From Candidatus Micrarchaeota archaeon (GTDB lineage Archaea; Micrarchaeota; Micrarchaeia; Micrarchaeales; CABMGC01), in contig DAHXNY010000001.1 of the NCBI GenBank assembly GCA_027365175.1, forward strand, positions 117,483 to 181,482: a DNA stretch of 64,000 nt, read 5' to 3'. Within the stretch, counting starts at the first letter, position 1. Each line of letters starts with the position of its first letter. A program made the translations under genes and the position numbers. The notes under the pieces were generated by a model that was not told where the DNA came from, did no database searches, and worked only from the letters and a program-made list of their open reading frames with translations. Positions 19,476-30,214 of this stretch are shown here, one piece after another.

Positions 19476-19605
19476 ACCGCTCCAACCAGAGAAAACTATA
19501 AAAATCTTAAGCAGTATATAATAGTGTACATATTCCCTAATCAGCTATCGCTTTTTAGGGTTTTTTAGGAAGGAATCTACTTATATTATAAAATAAGGTG
19601 AAAAT

Positions 19606-21261
19606 ATGGCTGAAAATCAATTAGGCGGACAGCAGTACCTCGTACTGCCTGAAGGAGCAAACAGGCTTCTTGGCAAGGAAGCACAGAGAACCAACATAGC
19701 CGTAGGTTACGCTGTAGCGAGCATAGTGAAGACCACTCTAGGTCCAAAGGGAATGGACAAGATGCTCGTAAGCGAACTCGGCGACATAGTCATAACGAAT
19801 GACGGAGCTACGATTCTTGAAGAGATGAACGTGGAGCATCCTATAGCAAAGATACTTGTCGAGGTGGCGAAGACACAGGACAAGGAAGTGGGAGACGGCA
19901 CAACCACCGCAGTCATACTGGCAGGGGAACTGCTGAAGAACGCAGGCAATCTTCTTGACCAGGGAGTGCCTCCTGCAGCAATAATAAGGGGATATGGCAT
20001 GGCAGCTTCTAAGGCTCGAGAAATATTAACTTCCATCTCAAGCAATGTGACGATAAACGACCAGAAGCAGCTTGAGAAGATAGCAAACATCTCGATAGGC
20101 TCAAAGAACATAGGCGATGAGCAGACGATGAAGCACCTGACTGACATAGCGATAAAGGCCGTGAAGCAGGTAGCTACGAAGGAAGGAGACAAGGTAAAGA
20201 TAGACAAGGACTTCATAAAGCTGGAGAAGAAGGAAGGAGGGAGCATAATCGACACGGAGCTGATTAACGGAGTACTGATAGACAAGGAGATAGCGCATCC
20301 TGGAATGCCAAAGAGCGTAAAGAACGCGAACATAGCAATCCTCGATGTGGCTCTTGAGATAGAGAAGACCGAGACAGAGGCAAAGATAGAGATCACATCT
20401 CCAGAGCAGATGCAGGCCTTCCTTGCACAGGAGGAGAAGATGCTCAAGGAAATGGTAGACAAGATCACCAAGTCAAAGGCAAACGTTGTCTTTGTGCAGA
20501 AGGGCATAGACGACGTAGCCCAGCATTATCTGGCAAAGGCTGGCATAATGGCTGTAAGGCGCGTGAAGAAGTCAGATATGGAGAAGATCTCAAAGGCGAC
20601 AGGCGCAAGGCTTGTAACAAGCCTGGACGATCTTTCATCAGAAGACCTTGGACACGCTGGCGATGTAGAGGAGAGGAAGGTAGGCGGAGAGCAGATGGTC
20701 TTCGTCGAGAAGTGCAAGGATCCAAAGAGCGTAACCATCTTCATAAGAGGCTCTACAAAGCAGACCGCTGACGAAGTGGAGAGATCCATAGTTGACGTCA
20801 TGGGCGCCATAACAAGTGCGATAGAGGTAGGTAAGTATGTCACAGGCGGTGGCAGCGCAGAGATAGAGATGGCCATGCAGCTTAGGGAGATGGCAACTGA
20901 CGTAGGCGGCAGGGAGCAGCTCGCAATACAGGCGTTTGCAGATGCAACAGAGGTCATACCAAAGGCACTCGCAGACAGCGCAGGCATGGATGCCATAGAG
21001 ACTCTGGTGCAGCTGAGAAACAAGCACAAGGGCAAGAGCGGCAGGAGCTACGGAGTCGACATATTCTCAAACAAGATAAGTGACATGGACCAGCTCGGAG
21101 TGATAGAGCCGACAAAGGTGAAGTACCAGGCAGTGGCAAGCGCTACAGAGGCAACTGTCTCCATTCTCAGAATAGACGACATGATAAGCTCCAAAGGCGC
21201 AAGACCTGCAGGAGGCCAGGGAGGCATGCCTCCTGGCGCAGGAGGATACGGTGAGGACTAA
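19606..21261 (+). CDS. ths: thermosome subunit (group II chaperonin)
   Basis: 551 aa. [36 protein letters not shown] and [10 protein letters not shown] motifs. GG/M-rich C-terminal tail. AAGGTGA Shine-Dalgarno-like motif upstream. Confidence 0.95.
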   Translation: MAENQLGGQQYLVLPEGANRLLGKEAQRTNIAVGYAVASIVKTTLGPKGMDKMLVSELGDIVITNDGATILEEMNVEHPIAKILVEVAKTQDKEVGDGTTTAVILAGELLKNAGNLLDQGVPPAAIIRGYGMAASKAREILTSISSNVTINDQKQLEKIANISIGSKNIGDEQTMKHLTDIAIKAVKQVATKEGDKVKIDKDFIKLEKKEGGSIIDTELINGVLIDKEIAHPGMPKSVKNANIAILDVALEIEKTETEAKIEITSPEQMQAFLAQEEKMLKEMVDKITKSKANVVFVQKGIDDVAQHYLAKAGIMAVRRVKKSDMEKISKATGARLVTSLDDLSSEDLGHAGDVEERKVGGEQMVFVEKCKDPKSVTIFIRGSTKQTADEVERSIVDVMGAITSAIEVGKYVTGGGSAEIEMAMQLREMATDVGGREQLAIQAFADATEVIPKALADSAGMDAIETLVQLRNKHKGKSGRSYGVDIFSNKISDMDQLGVIEPTKVKYQAVASATEATVSILRIDDMISSKGARPAGGQGGMPPGAGGYGED

Positions 21262-21284
21262 CCCTCACCCGGAGCGTGCTTTAG

Positions 21285-21860
21285 ATGCCTAAGAAAATCT
21301 TGATGACCGGAACGCCAGGGGCAGGAAAGAGCACCATATTATCCATATATAAAAAGAAGGAGAAGAATACCTCCATAACAAACCTCGGAACGGTAATGAT
21401 GGAGGTGGCTAAGGAGCAGCGCAAGAACATAAAGGACAGGGACAAGCTAAGGTACATGGACGACCATGACATAACAGAGGTGAGGGAGGAAGCCCTCTCC
21501 AGGATAATGTCCCACGGCAGGAATGCCATAATAGACACGCACTCCTCGGTAAAGCAGGGGAGGAGATATGTGCCTGGCTTTTCAATGCGGGAGCTCGGTC
21601 ACATGGATGTAGATGCTATTATATATGTGGACGCCTCATCTGATGATATAATAAAGAGGCGCATGGCCGACAGCACACGGAAAAGAGAGATAGAGGGCCC
21701 TTCAGAGATTGATGAGCAGAGGAGCATAAACCTCGCTATAATCTCAACCATAGCCCTACATTTAAATATTCCAATATACATATTATATAACAGAGACGGA
21801 ACGGCCAAAGACGTGGCAGAACAGGTGAGAACGATAACCAAGGAGATATTCGGCGAGTGA
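21285..21860 (+). CDS. adkA: adenylate kinase, archaeal type
   Basis: 191 aa with the P-loop MTGTPGAGKST. Length and position before DUF106/L34e/cmk match the conserved archaeal cluster. Confidence 0.8.
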   Translation: MPKKILMTGTPGAGKSTILSIYKKKEKNTSITNLGTVMMEVAKEQRKNIKDRDKLRYMDDHDITEVREEALSRIMSHGRNAIIDTHSSVKQGRRYVPGFSMRELGHMDVDAIIYVDASSDDIIKRRMADSTRKREIEGPSEIDEQRSINLAIISTIALHLNIPIYILYNRDGTAKDVAEQVRTITKEIFGE

Positions 21861-22349
21861 ATGAGCGTAGTATTATACATTGTATTGATAGGGTTCGTAT
21901 ATGCGATCGGGGCTATACTTATCCAGAGAAAGCTTGCGGACCCACTTAAATCCATAGAGACACAGCTGCTGATGCAGGAAAAGCTCAAGGAGATAAAGAC
22001 CATTGCAGCTACTGACAGGGAAGCATACAACCAGAAGCAGCAGGAGGTCTCAAAGATGATGATGGACAATATGAAGAAGCAGTTCAAGCCCATGGTAGTG
22101 ACCTTCCCGCTCTTTTTGGGCGTATTCTACCTTCTCATGCCATACCTATTCAGCGGCTTCGGATCGACTACACCTGCACTGACCATACTCTCCATGCCCC
22201 TTACCTACTCGCAGTTCTTTATACTTCTAATCTTCATAATAGGCATGATAGTCTCACTGTCGTTATCGAGCAGGGACAAGAAGATAGTCAAAAGAAGGCT
22301 GGAAGAGAGAAATGGGCAAAATAATAATAATGTTAACTACTCCCAATAA
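21861..22349 (+). CDS. DUF106 / EMC3-TMCO1-like membrane protein (archaeal YidC/Oxa1-like insertase candidate)
   Basis: 162 aa. TM1, then a charged coiled segment (QEKLKEIK...QQEVSKMMMDNMKKQFKPM), then 2 TMs. Conserved neighbour of adk and cmk. Confidence 0.7.
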   Translation: MSVVLYIVLIGFVYAIGAILIQRKLADPLKSIETQLLMQEKLKEIKTIAATDREAYNQKQQEVSKMMMDNMKKQFKPMVVTFPLFLGVFYLLMPYLFSGFGSTTPALTILSMPLTYSQFFILLIFIIGMIVSLSLSSRDKKIVKRRLEERNGQNNNNVNYSQ

Positions 22350-22381
22350 AGTACAAAATATGAATACTCAGAAGTGATACT

Positions 22382-22708
22382 ATGCCAAAACCAATGCACA
22401 GATCAAGAAGCTTCAGGCGCCTGGACAGGGTAACTCCAAAGAACAGGCACGTAATACACTACAAAAGAAAGGAAGGCTCTTTTCCTCATTGTGCAATATG
22501 CAAGAATGAGCTGAACGGCATACCGCGATCCACTCAGGGCAAGAGCAAGAGCGCAAAGACAAACGCAAGGCTCTTCGGGGGCGTGCTCTGCTCAAAATGC
22601 TCAAGCAACGTGATAAAGCTCGCAAGCAGGATAGAGAACGGTGAGATGAAGATAAACGACATAGGGATGCGCGAGAAGAACTACGTCCTGCAGATGATAT
22701 CGCACTGA
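22382..22708 (+). CDS. rpl34e: 50S ribosomal protein L34e (eL34)
   Basis: 108 aa. MPKPMHRSRSFRR...TPKNRHVIHYKRK...CAIC is typical of eL34. Confidence 0.85.
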   Translation: MPKPMHRSRSFRRLDRVTPKNRHVIHYKRKEGSFPHCAICKNELNGIPRSTQGKSKSAKTNARLFGGVLCSKCSSNVIKLASRIENGEMKINDIGMREKNYVLQMISH

Positions 22709-22724
22709 ACTATCCGCGGATATT

Positions 22725-23285
22725 ATGGAAGCACTTATACTCTCAGGGGAGCCTGCGGCAGGCAAGACAACCGTCGCAAGGTTACTTGCAGACAAGCTCA
22801 ATCTTAAGATGATTGGCGGTGGAGACATGCTCAAGGAGCTTGCAGCCAAGCACGGCTACAATCCTTCCGGACCAGAATGGTGGGATACGGAAGAGGGCAT
22901 AAAGTTCCTCAAGGAAAGGGAGACGGATCCTGAATTCGATATAGAAGCGGACAGGATAATGAAGGAGAAGATAGACAAGGGTAACATCATACTAACCAGT
23001 TATACTGCACCATGGATATCAAAAAAGGGCTTCAAGGTATGGCTACAGTGCAGCGCCTCAAAAAGGGCGAAGCGAATGTCAAAAAGAGACCATTCGTCCA
23101 TGGAAGAGAGCGAGAATGCAGTTATAGTCAGGGACAAGGAAAACTACACGCTTTACAAAGAGCTATACGGTATAGAATTCGGCAAGGATACGAGCCCGTT
23201 CAACATGGTAATAGACACTGAAGATAAAAGACCGGAGGACATAGCGGAAATGATACTAAAAGAATACGGCAAAGCAAACAAATAA
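22725..23285 (+). CDS. cmk: cytidylate kinase, archaeal type
   Basis: 186 aa with the P-loop SGEPAAGKTTVARLLA. Conserved position between L34e and L14e. Confidence 0.8.
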   Translation: MEALILSGEPAAGKTTVARLLADKLNLKMIGGGDMLKELAAKHGYNPSGPEWWDTEEGIKFLKERETDPEFDIEADRIMKEKIDKGNIILTSYTAPWISKKGFKVWLQCSASKRAKRMSKRDHSSMEESENAVIVRDKENYTLYKELYGIEFGKDTSPFNMVIDTEDKRPEDIAEMILKEYGKANK

Positions 23286-23337
23286 AAGAGTTCACTGACA
23301 TAGAAAAGTGCTCGTTTTAAGCTTAGATGTGATCTAT

Positions 23338-23577
23338 ATGGCACTAATCGAAGAAGGCAGAATATGCATAAAGAAGTTCGGAAGAGACGCAGGCAGCAAG
23401 GCTGCAATAACAAAGGTAGTAGACGACAAATTCGTAATGGTAGTAACCTCTGTAAGGCCTAAGGAGAGGAAGTGCAACGTTGCACACCTTGAATACCTCC
23501 CTGAGAAGATAGATGCGAAGAACAAGGCACAGCTTGCAAAGAGCCTTGACATAGATGAGGCCAAGCTGAAGAAATAA
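23338..23577 (+). CDS. rpl14e: 50S ribosomal protein L14e (eL14)
   Basis: MALIEEGRICIKKFGRDAGSKAAITKVVDDKFVMV...NVAHLE matches the KOW-like eL14 pattern. The ATG at 23338 is preferred over the ORF-track start 23308. Confidence 0.75.
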   Translation: MALIEEGRICIKKFGRDAGSKAAITKVVDDKFVMVVTSVRPKERKCNVAHLEYLPEKIDAKNKAQLAKSLDIDEAKLKK

Positions 23578-23650
23578 AGTCTTTTACGAACCTTGGGCAT
23601 AAAGCTGCAAAAGGTATAAAATAAGCTTCGGCTAATCCATACTACTAATC

Positions 23651-25168
23651 ATGGGGGATAGTATGGCTGAGGTCGTAACGGAGCTTGCAAAGAGACTAAA
23701 CGGGATAGCTATAATCAGCTCCGAGCTTGAAGCTAGCGACATTCAGGGCACAGACATAGAATCGATGACTGCGCACATAGTCAGCTTCTTCAAGGATGCG
23801 AAAGGCCCAAAGATCCTCAACAAGCAGATTCTAGACCAAATAATGCAGAGCCACGTTCCGGAAGCGATTGTCAAGGAGCAGATGGTCCAGAGACCACGTG
23901 TAGAGCCGATCACACGGAACAATTTCTCGATAAGGAACCTTGAAGTAAAGAAGACAGGGGCAAAGGCATCTGACTTCGCAGAATACTTCAACAACAGGCT
24001 CGACAGGCTGAAGTCAATGATACTCGAGGGCAGGAATGTCAAGTTCGCCGAGGTCCTCAAGAACATAGAGGGCATGAAGCAGCTGATGAACGGCAGGGAG
24101 CTAGGAATAATAGGGATGGTATACGACAAGATTACAACGAAGAACGGCCACGTAATGGTAACTATAGAGGATGCGACAGGCACAGCGAAGATCCTCTTCC
24201 TCAAACCTTCAAAAGAGAGTTCAAAGGAGCAGATGCGCCTCTTTGCAGACGCTGAAAAGCTTCTTGTCGACGAAGTTGTCGGGATACGGGGAAGGATATC
24301 AAACCATTTCATAATAGCAAACACCATGATAAGGCCTGACATACCGATAAAGCAGAGGAAGCGCACCGAAGAGGATATGGCAATAGCATTCATGTCCGAT
24401 GTACATGCTGGATCAAAGCTCTTCATGGAAAAGCAGTTCAGGAGCTTCATGAAGTGGATAAACCTCTCTACTAATTACAAGCAGGATCTTGCAGAGAAGA
24501 TAAAGTACATAGTCGTAGGAGGGGACCTCGTAGACGGCATAGGCGTCTACCCTAACCAGGAATCCGAACTTACTATAGAGAGCATATACAGGCAGTATAA
24601 CTTCCTGTTCGAGCTCTTTGCCGAGATTCCGGAGAGCATAGAGATATTCATGCTGCCCGGAAACCACGATGCCATGCAGAGGGCAGAACCCCAGCCGCCT
24701 CTTGCAGAAGAGTTCCTGAAGGAGATGAAGTTCAAGAACATCCACATGGTATCAAATCCAGGCTATGTCACGCTTGATGGGATAAAGATTCTCTCATACC
24801 ACGGAACCTCTCTCGATTCTGTAATTCACGGGATAAAAGGGCTGAGCTACTCAAAGCCCGAGGGGGCGATGCTGGAGGTGCTTAAGCGCAGGCACCTCTC
24901 CCCAGTATACGGGCACAATCCGATAGTGCCATCATCTACGGACCAGATGATAATGGATCAGGTTCCTGACATCTTGCACATGGGGCATCTTCACAAGAAC
25001 GGAAGCACCGACTACCATGGCACCCTAATAGTCAACAGCGGGACATGGCAGGCAAGGACCTCATACCAGATAAAGCTGGGGCACATGCCCACCCCTGCGG
25101 TTCTCCCCATATACAACACGAAGACCATGGAGCTGTTCAATGTGGATTTCAATTTGATAAATGATTAA
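23651..25168 (+). CDS. dp1: DNA polymerase II (PolD) small subunit DP1, exonuclease/phosphoesterase
   Basis: 505 aa. OB-fold region, then calcineurin-type motifs FMSDVHAGS, VGGDLVDG, LPGNHD, GHLH. Confidence 0.9.
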   Translation: MGDSMAEVVTELAKRLNGIAIISSELEASDIQGTDIESMTAHIVSFFKDAKGPKILNKQILDQIMQSHVPEAIVKEQMVQRPRVEPITRNNFSIRNLEVKKTGAKASDFAEYFNNRLDRLKSMILEGRNVKFAEVLKNIEGMKQLMNGRELGIIGMVYDKITTKNGHVMVTIEDATGTAKILFLKPSKESSKEQMRLFADAEKLLVDEVVGIRGRISNHFIIANTMIRPDIPIKQRKRTEEDMAIAFMSDVHAGSKLFMEKQFRSFMKWINLSTNYKQDLAEKIKYIVVGGDLVDGIGVYPNQESELTIESIYRQYNFLFELFAEIPESIEIFMLPGNHDAMQRAEPQPPLAEEFLKEMKFKNIHMVSNPGYVTLDGIKILSYHGTSLDSVIHGIKGLSYSKPEGAMLEVLKRRHLSPVYGHNPIVPSSTDQMIMDQVPDILHMGHLHKNGSTDYHGTLIVNSGTWQARTSYQIKLGHMPTPAVLPIYNTKTMELFNVDFNLIND

Positions 25169-28100
25169 TATGGACATAGACTCGTATTTCAACAAAATCC
25201 AGGAAGAATTCAATACAGCTTATGCTGTTGCTTCAGATGCGCGCTCCAAAGGCTACGATCCAAAGCCGTATGTGGAGATAAGGCCTGCTCCTGATCTTGC
25301 AAGCAGGGTAGAGGGACTGATAAACGTAGAAGGCCTGGCAGACATAATAAGGGCTGTAGAAAAAGGGCAGTCAAGGAACAAGCTTGCGTTTGATGTGGCG
25401 AAAGAGATATGCACTAACGACCGCTTCTCAAATTACGAGGAGCTTAAGAGAATAGAGCTCGCCGTAAGAGTCGGAGTGGCAGTGCTGACAGAAGGCATTC
25501 TTGTAGCGCCTACTGAAGGGATTAACAGCTTTGCAAAGTATAAGAACAGGGACGGCACTGATTACCTCTGCGTCTGCTATGCAGGACCTATAAGAGGGGC
25601 AGGAGGAACCTCTGCAGCTCTCTCCGTAGCGCTTGCAGACCATTGCAGGAGGATATTCAACATAAGCGACTACAAGCCCACTGAAGACGAGATAGAGCGA
25701 TACATGGAGGAGATAGAGCTCTACCACGACAGGATAGCAAGGCTGCAGTACAAGCCTCCTGAACAGGACATAAGAGAGATACTCAGGAACTGTCCTGTAT
25801 GCATAGACGGCATGCCCCCTGGCACCCTTGAAGTAGGGGTGCATGCAAACATGAAGAGAACCATGTCCAACGGGAAGGAAGTTCCGATAACAAACAAGGT
25901 AAGGGGCGGTGTTCCTCTAGTGGTGTGCGAAGGAATAGCCCAGAAGGCTAAGAAGATGCTGAAGGAGACAAAGTCCGTGGGGCTGGACTGGGAATGGCTG
26001 AACAACATAATAAAAGTCGACGTGAAGAAGACAGAGGCAAAGGATGCAAAGGCGGTATTTCTGGAGGAGATAGTCGCCGGCCGTCCAATACTCGCATACC
26101 CTGGAATGAGCGGCGGATTCAGGCTTAGATACGGGAGATCAAGATTCACCGGGATAGCTGCAAAGGGGGTGAGCCCTGCAACCATGATAACATTAAAGGG
26201 CTACATCGCTACCGGAACGCAGATGAAGGTAGAATTTCCAGGAAAGGGCTGCGTAGCTGCGCCTGTAGACTCTATAGAGGGCCCATTCGTAACTCTTAAG
26301 GATGGCACTGCACTGAGGATAAACGATGCGGAGACGGCAGAGCGGCTCAAAGAGCAGGTAAAGGAGATAATGAGCGTAGGGGACCTTCTTGTCACTTACG
26401 GCGACTTCAAGAAATCAAACACCCAGTTAAAGCCACCAAGCTATACTGAGGAGCTGTGGGAGTTAGAGTTGAAGGAAAAAGAACCTGATTTGAAGATAGA
26501 CCATAATTCTATCACTTTCGAAGAGGCAAAATCCCTTTCTGTCAAGCACTCCATACCTATCCATCCTAAGTTCCTATTCGAATTCCAGTCGATATCTGCA
26601 CAGGAGTTGGACTACCTGAGGGAGTATATAAGGAACAACAGGGCAGATGGTGCTGAGTCTAAGGAAAAGATAAAGTCCGATGACAAAGCAAAGAGGATCC
26701 TCGAACTCCTTAATGTCCCCCATACAATAAACGCAGGCCATCTGCTAATCGAGGAAGAGCCGTGGTCTGCTCTTCTCGCATCGATAGGCATTGAAAAAGA
26801 AGGAATGGCAGGCACCGAGATCGGCACTCTCGAATACGTGAACTCCTTAAGCGAATTCAAGATACCAAGAAGGTCTACCTTTGTAGGCGCAAGGATAGGG
26901 AGACCTGAGAAGGCAAAAGAGAGGCTGATGAAGCCTGCGCCAAACATCCTGTTCCCGCTTGGATCTTACGGGGGCAGGGACAGGAACATCTCCAGTGCCT
27001 ATTCTAACGACATGAAGAAATTCAAGCACCAGATGTCAGTGGAGATAGCGAGATACAAGTGCGGCAGCTGCAAGAGGATAATAGACACGCCGTACTGCTA
27101 TGACTGTTCAACGCATGCTTATGTGGAGAAGATATGCCCCATATGCTCATCTGCAGTAGATGATGTATGCTCGAGGTGCGAGGTCCACGGAGTCGGGTAC
27201 TACCAAAGGGAGATAGACCTCACCAAACTTGTGACAAATGCGATGGCAAAGCTGGGAATAAGCAAGATGCCGAAGGTGCTCAAGGGCGTAAAGGGCATGG
27301 TTAACGCCAACAAATACACAGAGCCTATGGAAAAAGGGATTCTGAGGGCATTCCACAACATCTACATATTCAAGGACGGCACGTCCAGGTTCGACGCAAC
27401 AGACATGCCCATCACCCACTTCTATCCTGTCGAGGCAGGAATAAGCGTAGAGACAGCAAGGCAGCTGGGCTACACGAAGGACTACATGGGCAACGAACTA
27501 ACCGAAGAGACGCAGCTGGTGGAGATGATGCACCAGGATGTGATACTCAACAGAAGAGGAGCTGACTACCTGCTGAAGACCGCAAGATTTGTCGATGAAC
27601 TGCTTGAGAGATTCTACGGACTCAAGCCATTCTACAATGCAACAACGATAAATGATCTTGTGGGGAAGCTGGTAATAACCCTGTCGCCTCATACCTCCTG
27701 CGGAGTAACAAACAGGATAATAGGATTCACAGATGCAAATGTTGGTTTTGCCCATCCCTATGTCATATGCGCAAGAAGAAGGAACTGCGACGGAGACGAG
27801 GATTCCACAATGCTTCTTCTCGACGCGCTGATAAACTTTTCAAGGGAGTACCACCCGAGCAGCACCGGGGGCACTATGGATATCCCGATAATTCTTACCG
27901 TAAATGTAAAGCCTGAGGAAGTGGACGACGAAGTGCATGCTATGGAATGCGTTGCAAGCTATCCTCTTGAATTCTACAGGAAGGCATACGATAGGGTCTC
28001 CCCTTCAGAAGCAAAGATGGAGATAGTGGAGAACAGGCTGGGATCAAAGAGCATATACTCTAACATAATGTTCACAAACCATACCTCATATAATGCCGTA

Positions 28101-28556
28101 AACGTGTCCCCCAAGCGCTCAAGCTATACTCAGTTCAAGACGATGGGAGAGAAGCTCGATGCTGAGTTCGACCTTATGGACATGATACACGCTGTAGACA
28201 AGAAAAACGCTGCCAGGAAGGTAATAACAGGACACTTCATACCAGACCTTATAGGCAACCTGCACTCATTTTCAAGACAGCTCTTCAGGTGCTCATCCTG
28301 CAATGCAAAATACAGGCGCATTCCATTGTCCGGAAAATGCACGAAGGATGGGGGAAAGATCCTCCTTACCATTTCGAAAGGCGGGATAGAGAAGTATTTG
28401 CAGATGGCTATAAACCTTGCAGACAAATACGATCTTGACGACTACATAAAGCAGAGGCTTTACCTAACGAAGGAGGAGATAAACAGCATATTTGCAAGCG
28501 AGGAACCAGTCAAGGAAGGCACGGAAGGGCAATTCAACCTTCTAAGCTATGTCTGA
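25161..28556 (+). CDS. dp2: DNA polymerase II (PolD) large subunit DP2
   Basis: 1131 aa. 8-nt overlap with dp1. Several Cys4 zinc modules (CGSCKR...CYDC, CPICSS...CSRC, CSSCNAKY...C). No intein-sized insertion. C-terminal QFNLLSYV PIP-like tail. Confidence 0.9.
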   Translation: MINMDIDSYFNKIQEEFNTAYAVASDARSKGYDPKPYVEIRPAPDLASRVEGLINVEGLADIIRAVEKGQSRNKLAFDVAKEICTNDRFSNYEELKRIELAVRVGVAVLTEGILVAPTEGINSFAKYKNRDGTDYLCVCYAGPIRGAGGTSAALSVALADHCRRIFNISDYKPTEDEIERYMEEIELYHDRIARLQYKPPEQDIREILRNCPVCIDGMPPGTLEVGVHANMKRTMSNGKEVPITNKVRGGVPLVVCEGIAQKAKKMLKETKSVGLDWEWLNNIIKVDVKKTEAKDAKAVFLEEIVAGRPILAYPGMSGGFRLRYGRSRFTGIAAKGVSPATMITLKGYIATGTQMKVEFPGKGCVAAPVDSIEGPFVTLKDGTALRINDAETAERLKEQVKEIMSVGDLLVTYGDFKKSNTQLKPPSYTEELWELELKEKEPDLKIDHNSITFEEAKSLSVKHSIPIHPKFLFEFQSISAQELDYLREYIRNNRADGAESKEKIKSDDKAKRILELLNVPHTINAGHLLIEEEPWSALLASIGIEKEGMAGTEIGTLEYVNSLSEFKIPRRSTFVGARIGRPEKAKERLMKPAPNILFPLGSYGGRDRNISSAYSNDMKKFKHQMSVEIARYKCGSCKRIIDTPYCYDCSTHAYVEKICPICSSAVDDVCSRCEVHGVGYYQREIDLTKLVTNAMAKLGISKMPKVLKGVKGMVNANKYTEPMEKGILRAFHNIYIFKDGTSRFDATDMPITHFYPVEAGISVETARQLGYTKDYMGNELTEETQLVEMMHQDVILNRRGADYLLKTARFVDELLERFYGLKPFYNATTINDLVGKLVITLSPHTSCGVTNRIIGFTDANVGFAHPYVICARRRNCDGDEDSTMLLLDALINFSREYHPSSTGGTMDIPIILTVNVKPEEVDDEVHAMECVASYPLEFYRKAYDRVSPSEAKMEIVENRLGSKSIYSNIMFTNHTSYNAVNVSPKRSSYTQFKTMGEKLDAEFDLMDMIHAVDKKNAARKVITGHFIPDLIGNLHSFSRQLFRCSSCNAKYRRIPLSGKCTKDGGKILLTISKGGIEKYLQMAINLADKYDLDDYIKQRLYLTKEEINSIFASEEPVKEGTEGQFNLLSYV

Positions 28557-28559
28557 AGA

Positions 28560-29879
28560 TTAGGCATTTGAAGAGACCTTCCTTATAGCTTCTTCAAGTA
28601 TGTCAAGACCCTTCTCCAAGACCTTCTTGTCAATCTCAAGTTGAGGTATTATCCTTATGGAGCACTCCCCTGCAGGCAGCAGCACAAGACCTCCTTCAAA
28701 AGCCTCCTTTATTATTCTGTCCCTCTCTTCTATTCCAGGAGTCTTGCTCTTCTTGTCCTTGACAATCTCGATGCCTATCATCATCCCGATGCCCCTCACA
28801 TCCCCTACAATCTCATACCTCTCCTTCATCGCATCGAGACGTTTCATCATTATTCCTGATCTCTCCTTTATTCCAGACTCTATCCTATGCATATTCTCTC
28901 TTACATAGCCGAGAAGGGCATCAGCTCCCGCAGCCACTGTCGCATTCCCGCCGAAAGTATTTGCATGGGCACCGTGTTTCAAGTCTCCAAGAGCGCTTCT
29001 GGTAACGGTAACTCCCATAGGGAGCCCTGCACCTATGCTCTTTGCGAAGGTGTAGATATCTGCTTTAACGCCGAAATTGTCCAAGGCAAGGAATCTTCCA
29101 GTGCGCATATACCCTGCCTGTACCTCATCGTCAACAAGGAGCATACCGTTGTCATCGGCAATCTCGCGAAGTCCTTTTATGAATTCCTTAGGAGGCACCA
29201 CATAACCTCCCTCCCCCTGCACAGGCTCGACGAATATTGCCGCAGTCTCATTAGGCGGAATCTCCTTTGCAAGAGGATATTTCTTAATGTAATCAAGACA
29301 GGCCATTCCGCATGAAGGGTATTCCTGCTTGAAAGGGCATCTATAGCAATAAGCATAAGGGGCATGCACCACCGGACCGAACGGCCCTGTGCCTTCGCGC
29401 TGGACAGCCTTAGAGGCAGTCATGGAAAGCGAGCCGTATGTCCTGCCATGGAATCCCCCATAAAACGCGAGAACATACTTCCTTTTAGTGAATATTCTCG
29501 AGAATTTAAGGGCAGCTTCGTTTGCTTCCGTTCCTGAATTAGAGAAGAAGACTTTGCCAAAACCTTTGGGGAACATCTTCAACAGATTTTCCGCAAAATT
29601 AACAGGCCCTTCTGAATAGTAATCAGTAAACGCATTATGCATCAGAAGCTCCATCTGCTTCCTTATCGCATCCCTTACTTCCTTTTTAGAATTGTCACCG
29701 AAATTATATACGGATATGAATGTGGAGAAATCGATGAATCTGTTTCCAGAAATGTCATATATGTAATCTCCGCTCGCTCTCTGCACCACAAGCGGGAAGT
29801 CCTCCTTTGTAGTGGTGATCATGAACCTCTTATCGCGCTCTATCGCGCGCTTTATCCTGCCATCAACCTTGAAAACCAT
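28560..29879 (-). CDS. class III pyridoxal-phosphate aminotransferase (GABA/acetylornithine/ornithine aminotransferase family)
   Basis: 439 aa. SNSGTEANEAALK and DDEVQAGYMRTGRF, plus the lysine region FAKSIGAG. Confidence 0.8.
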   Translation of the reverse strand: MVFKVDGRIKRAIERDKRFMITTTKEDFPLVVQRASGDYIYDISGNRFIDFSTFISVYNFGDNSKKEVRDAIRKQMELLMHNAFTDYYSEGPVNFAENLLKMFPKGFGKVFFSNSGTEANEAALKFSRIFTKRKYVLAFYGGFHGRTYGSLSMTASKAVQREGTGPFGPVVHAPYAYCYRCPFKQEYPSCGMACLDYIKKYPLAKEIPPNETAAIFVEPVQGEGGYVVPPKEFIKGLREIADDNGMLLVDDEVQAGYMRTGRFLALDNFGVKADIYTFAKSIGAGLPMGVTVTRSALGDLKHGAHANTFGGNATVAAGADALLGYVRENMHRIESGIKERSGIMMKRLDAMKERYEIVGDVRGIGMMIGIEIVKDKKSKTPGIEERDRIIKEAFEGGLVLLPAGECSIRIIPQLEIDKKVLEKGLDILEEAIRKVSSNA

Positions 29880-29928
29880 GCTCTCATTAAGAATTAGGGC
29901 AAAAGAATTAATAAAGATCCGACAAAAG

Positions 29929-30198
29929 CTACTCCTTTATTCCTTCAAGCATGCTGAGTATATTCCATACAACGGTCCTTGCATATGGTGGCAGGTTTAT
30001 GTCATTGCTTATCTCGTCTACCTTGTATGTTGCGGTTCCAGCCCTTACAGAGTATGCATTGTTCTCCTGCTCAAGAGCCGCCTTCGCTTCGCTAAGCGAG
30101 TTCTTCACATTCCTCGGAACACTGTTGTCATTGAGCAATGAGTCTATCTGTTGCTTGATCTGTGCAATCATCTCGTCAAATTCCTTATTGTTTCCCAT
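29929..30198 (-). CDS. UPF0147-family conserved archaeal protein
   Basis: 89 aa. VPRNVKNSL...DEISNDINLPPYARTVVWNILSMLEGIK matches the UPF0147 pattern as I remember it. Confidence 0.7.
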   Translation of the reverse strand: MGNNKEFDEMIAQIKQQIDSLLNDNSVPRNVKNSLSEAKAALEQENNAYSVRAGTATYKVDEISNDINLPPYARTVVWNILSMLEGIKE

Positions 30199-30214
30199 AA
30201 GATCACTTTATGTA

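Noticed and set aside
19707-20507. Long antisense ORFs inside strongly supported genes: 19707..20507 (266 aa, in ths), 16898..17599 (in aglB), 39720..40496 (in secY), 3762..4328 (in mre11), 30308..31033 (in tatD), 23743..24450 (in dp1), 313..858
   Set aside because: Each lies opposite a gene with unmistakable family motifs. Each has a Ser/Cys/Leu-rich junk composition. Purine-rich codon usage on the sense strand keeps the antisense frame open.
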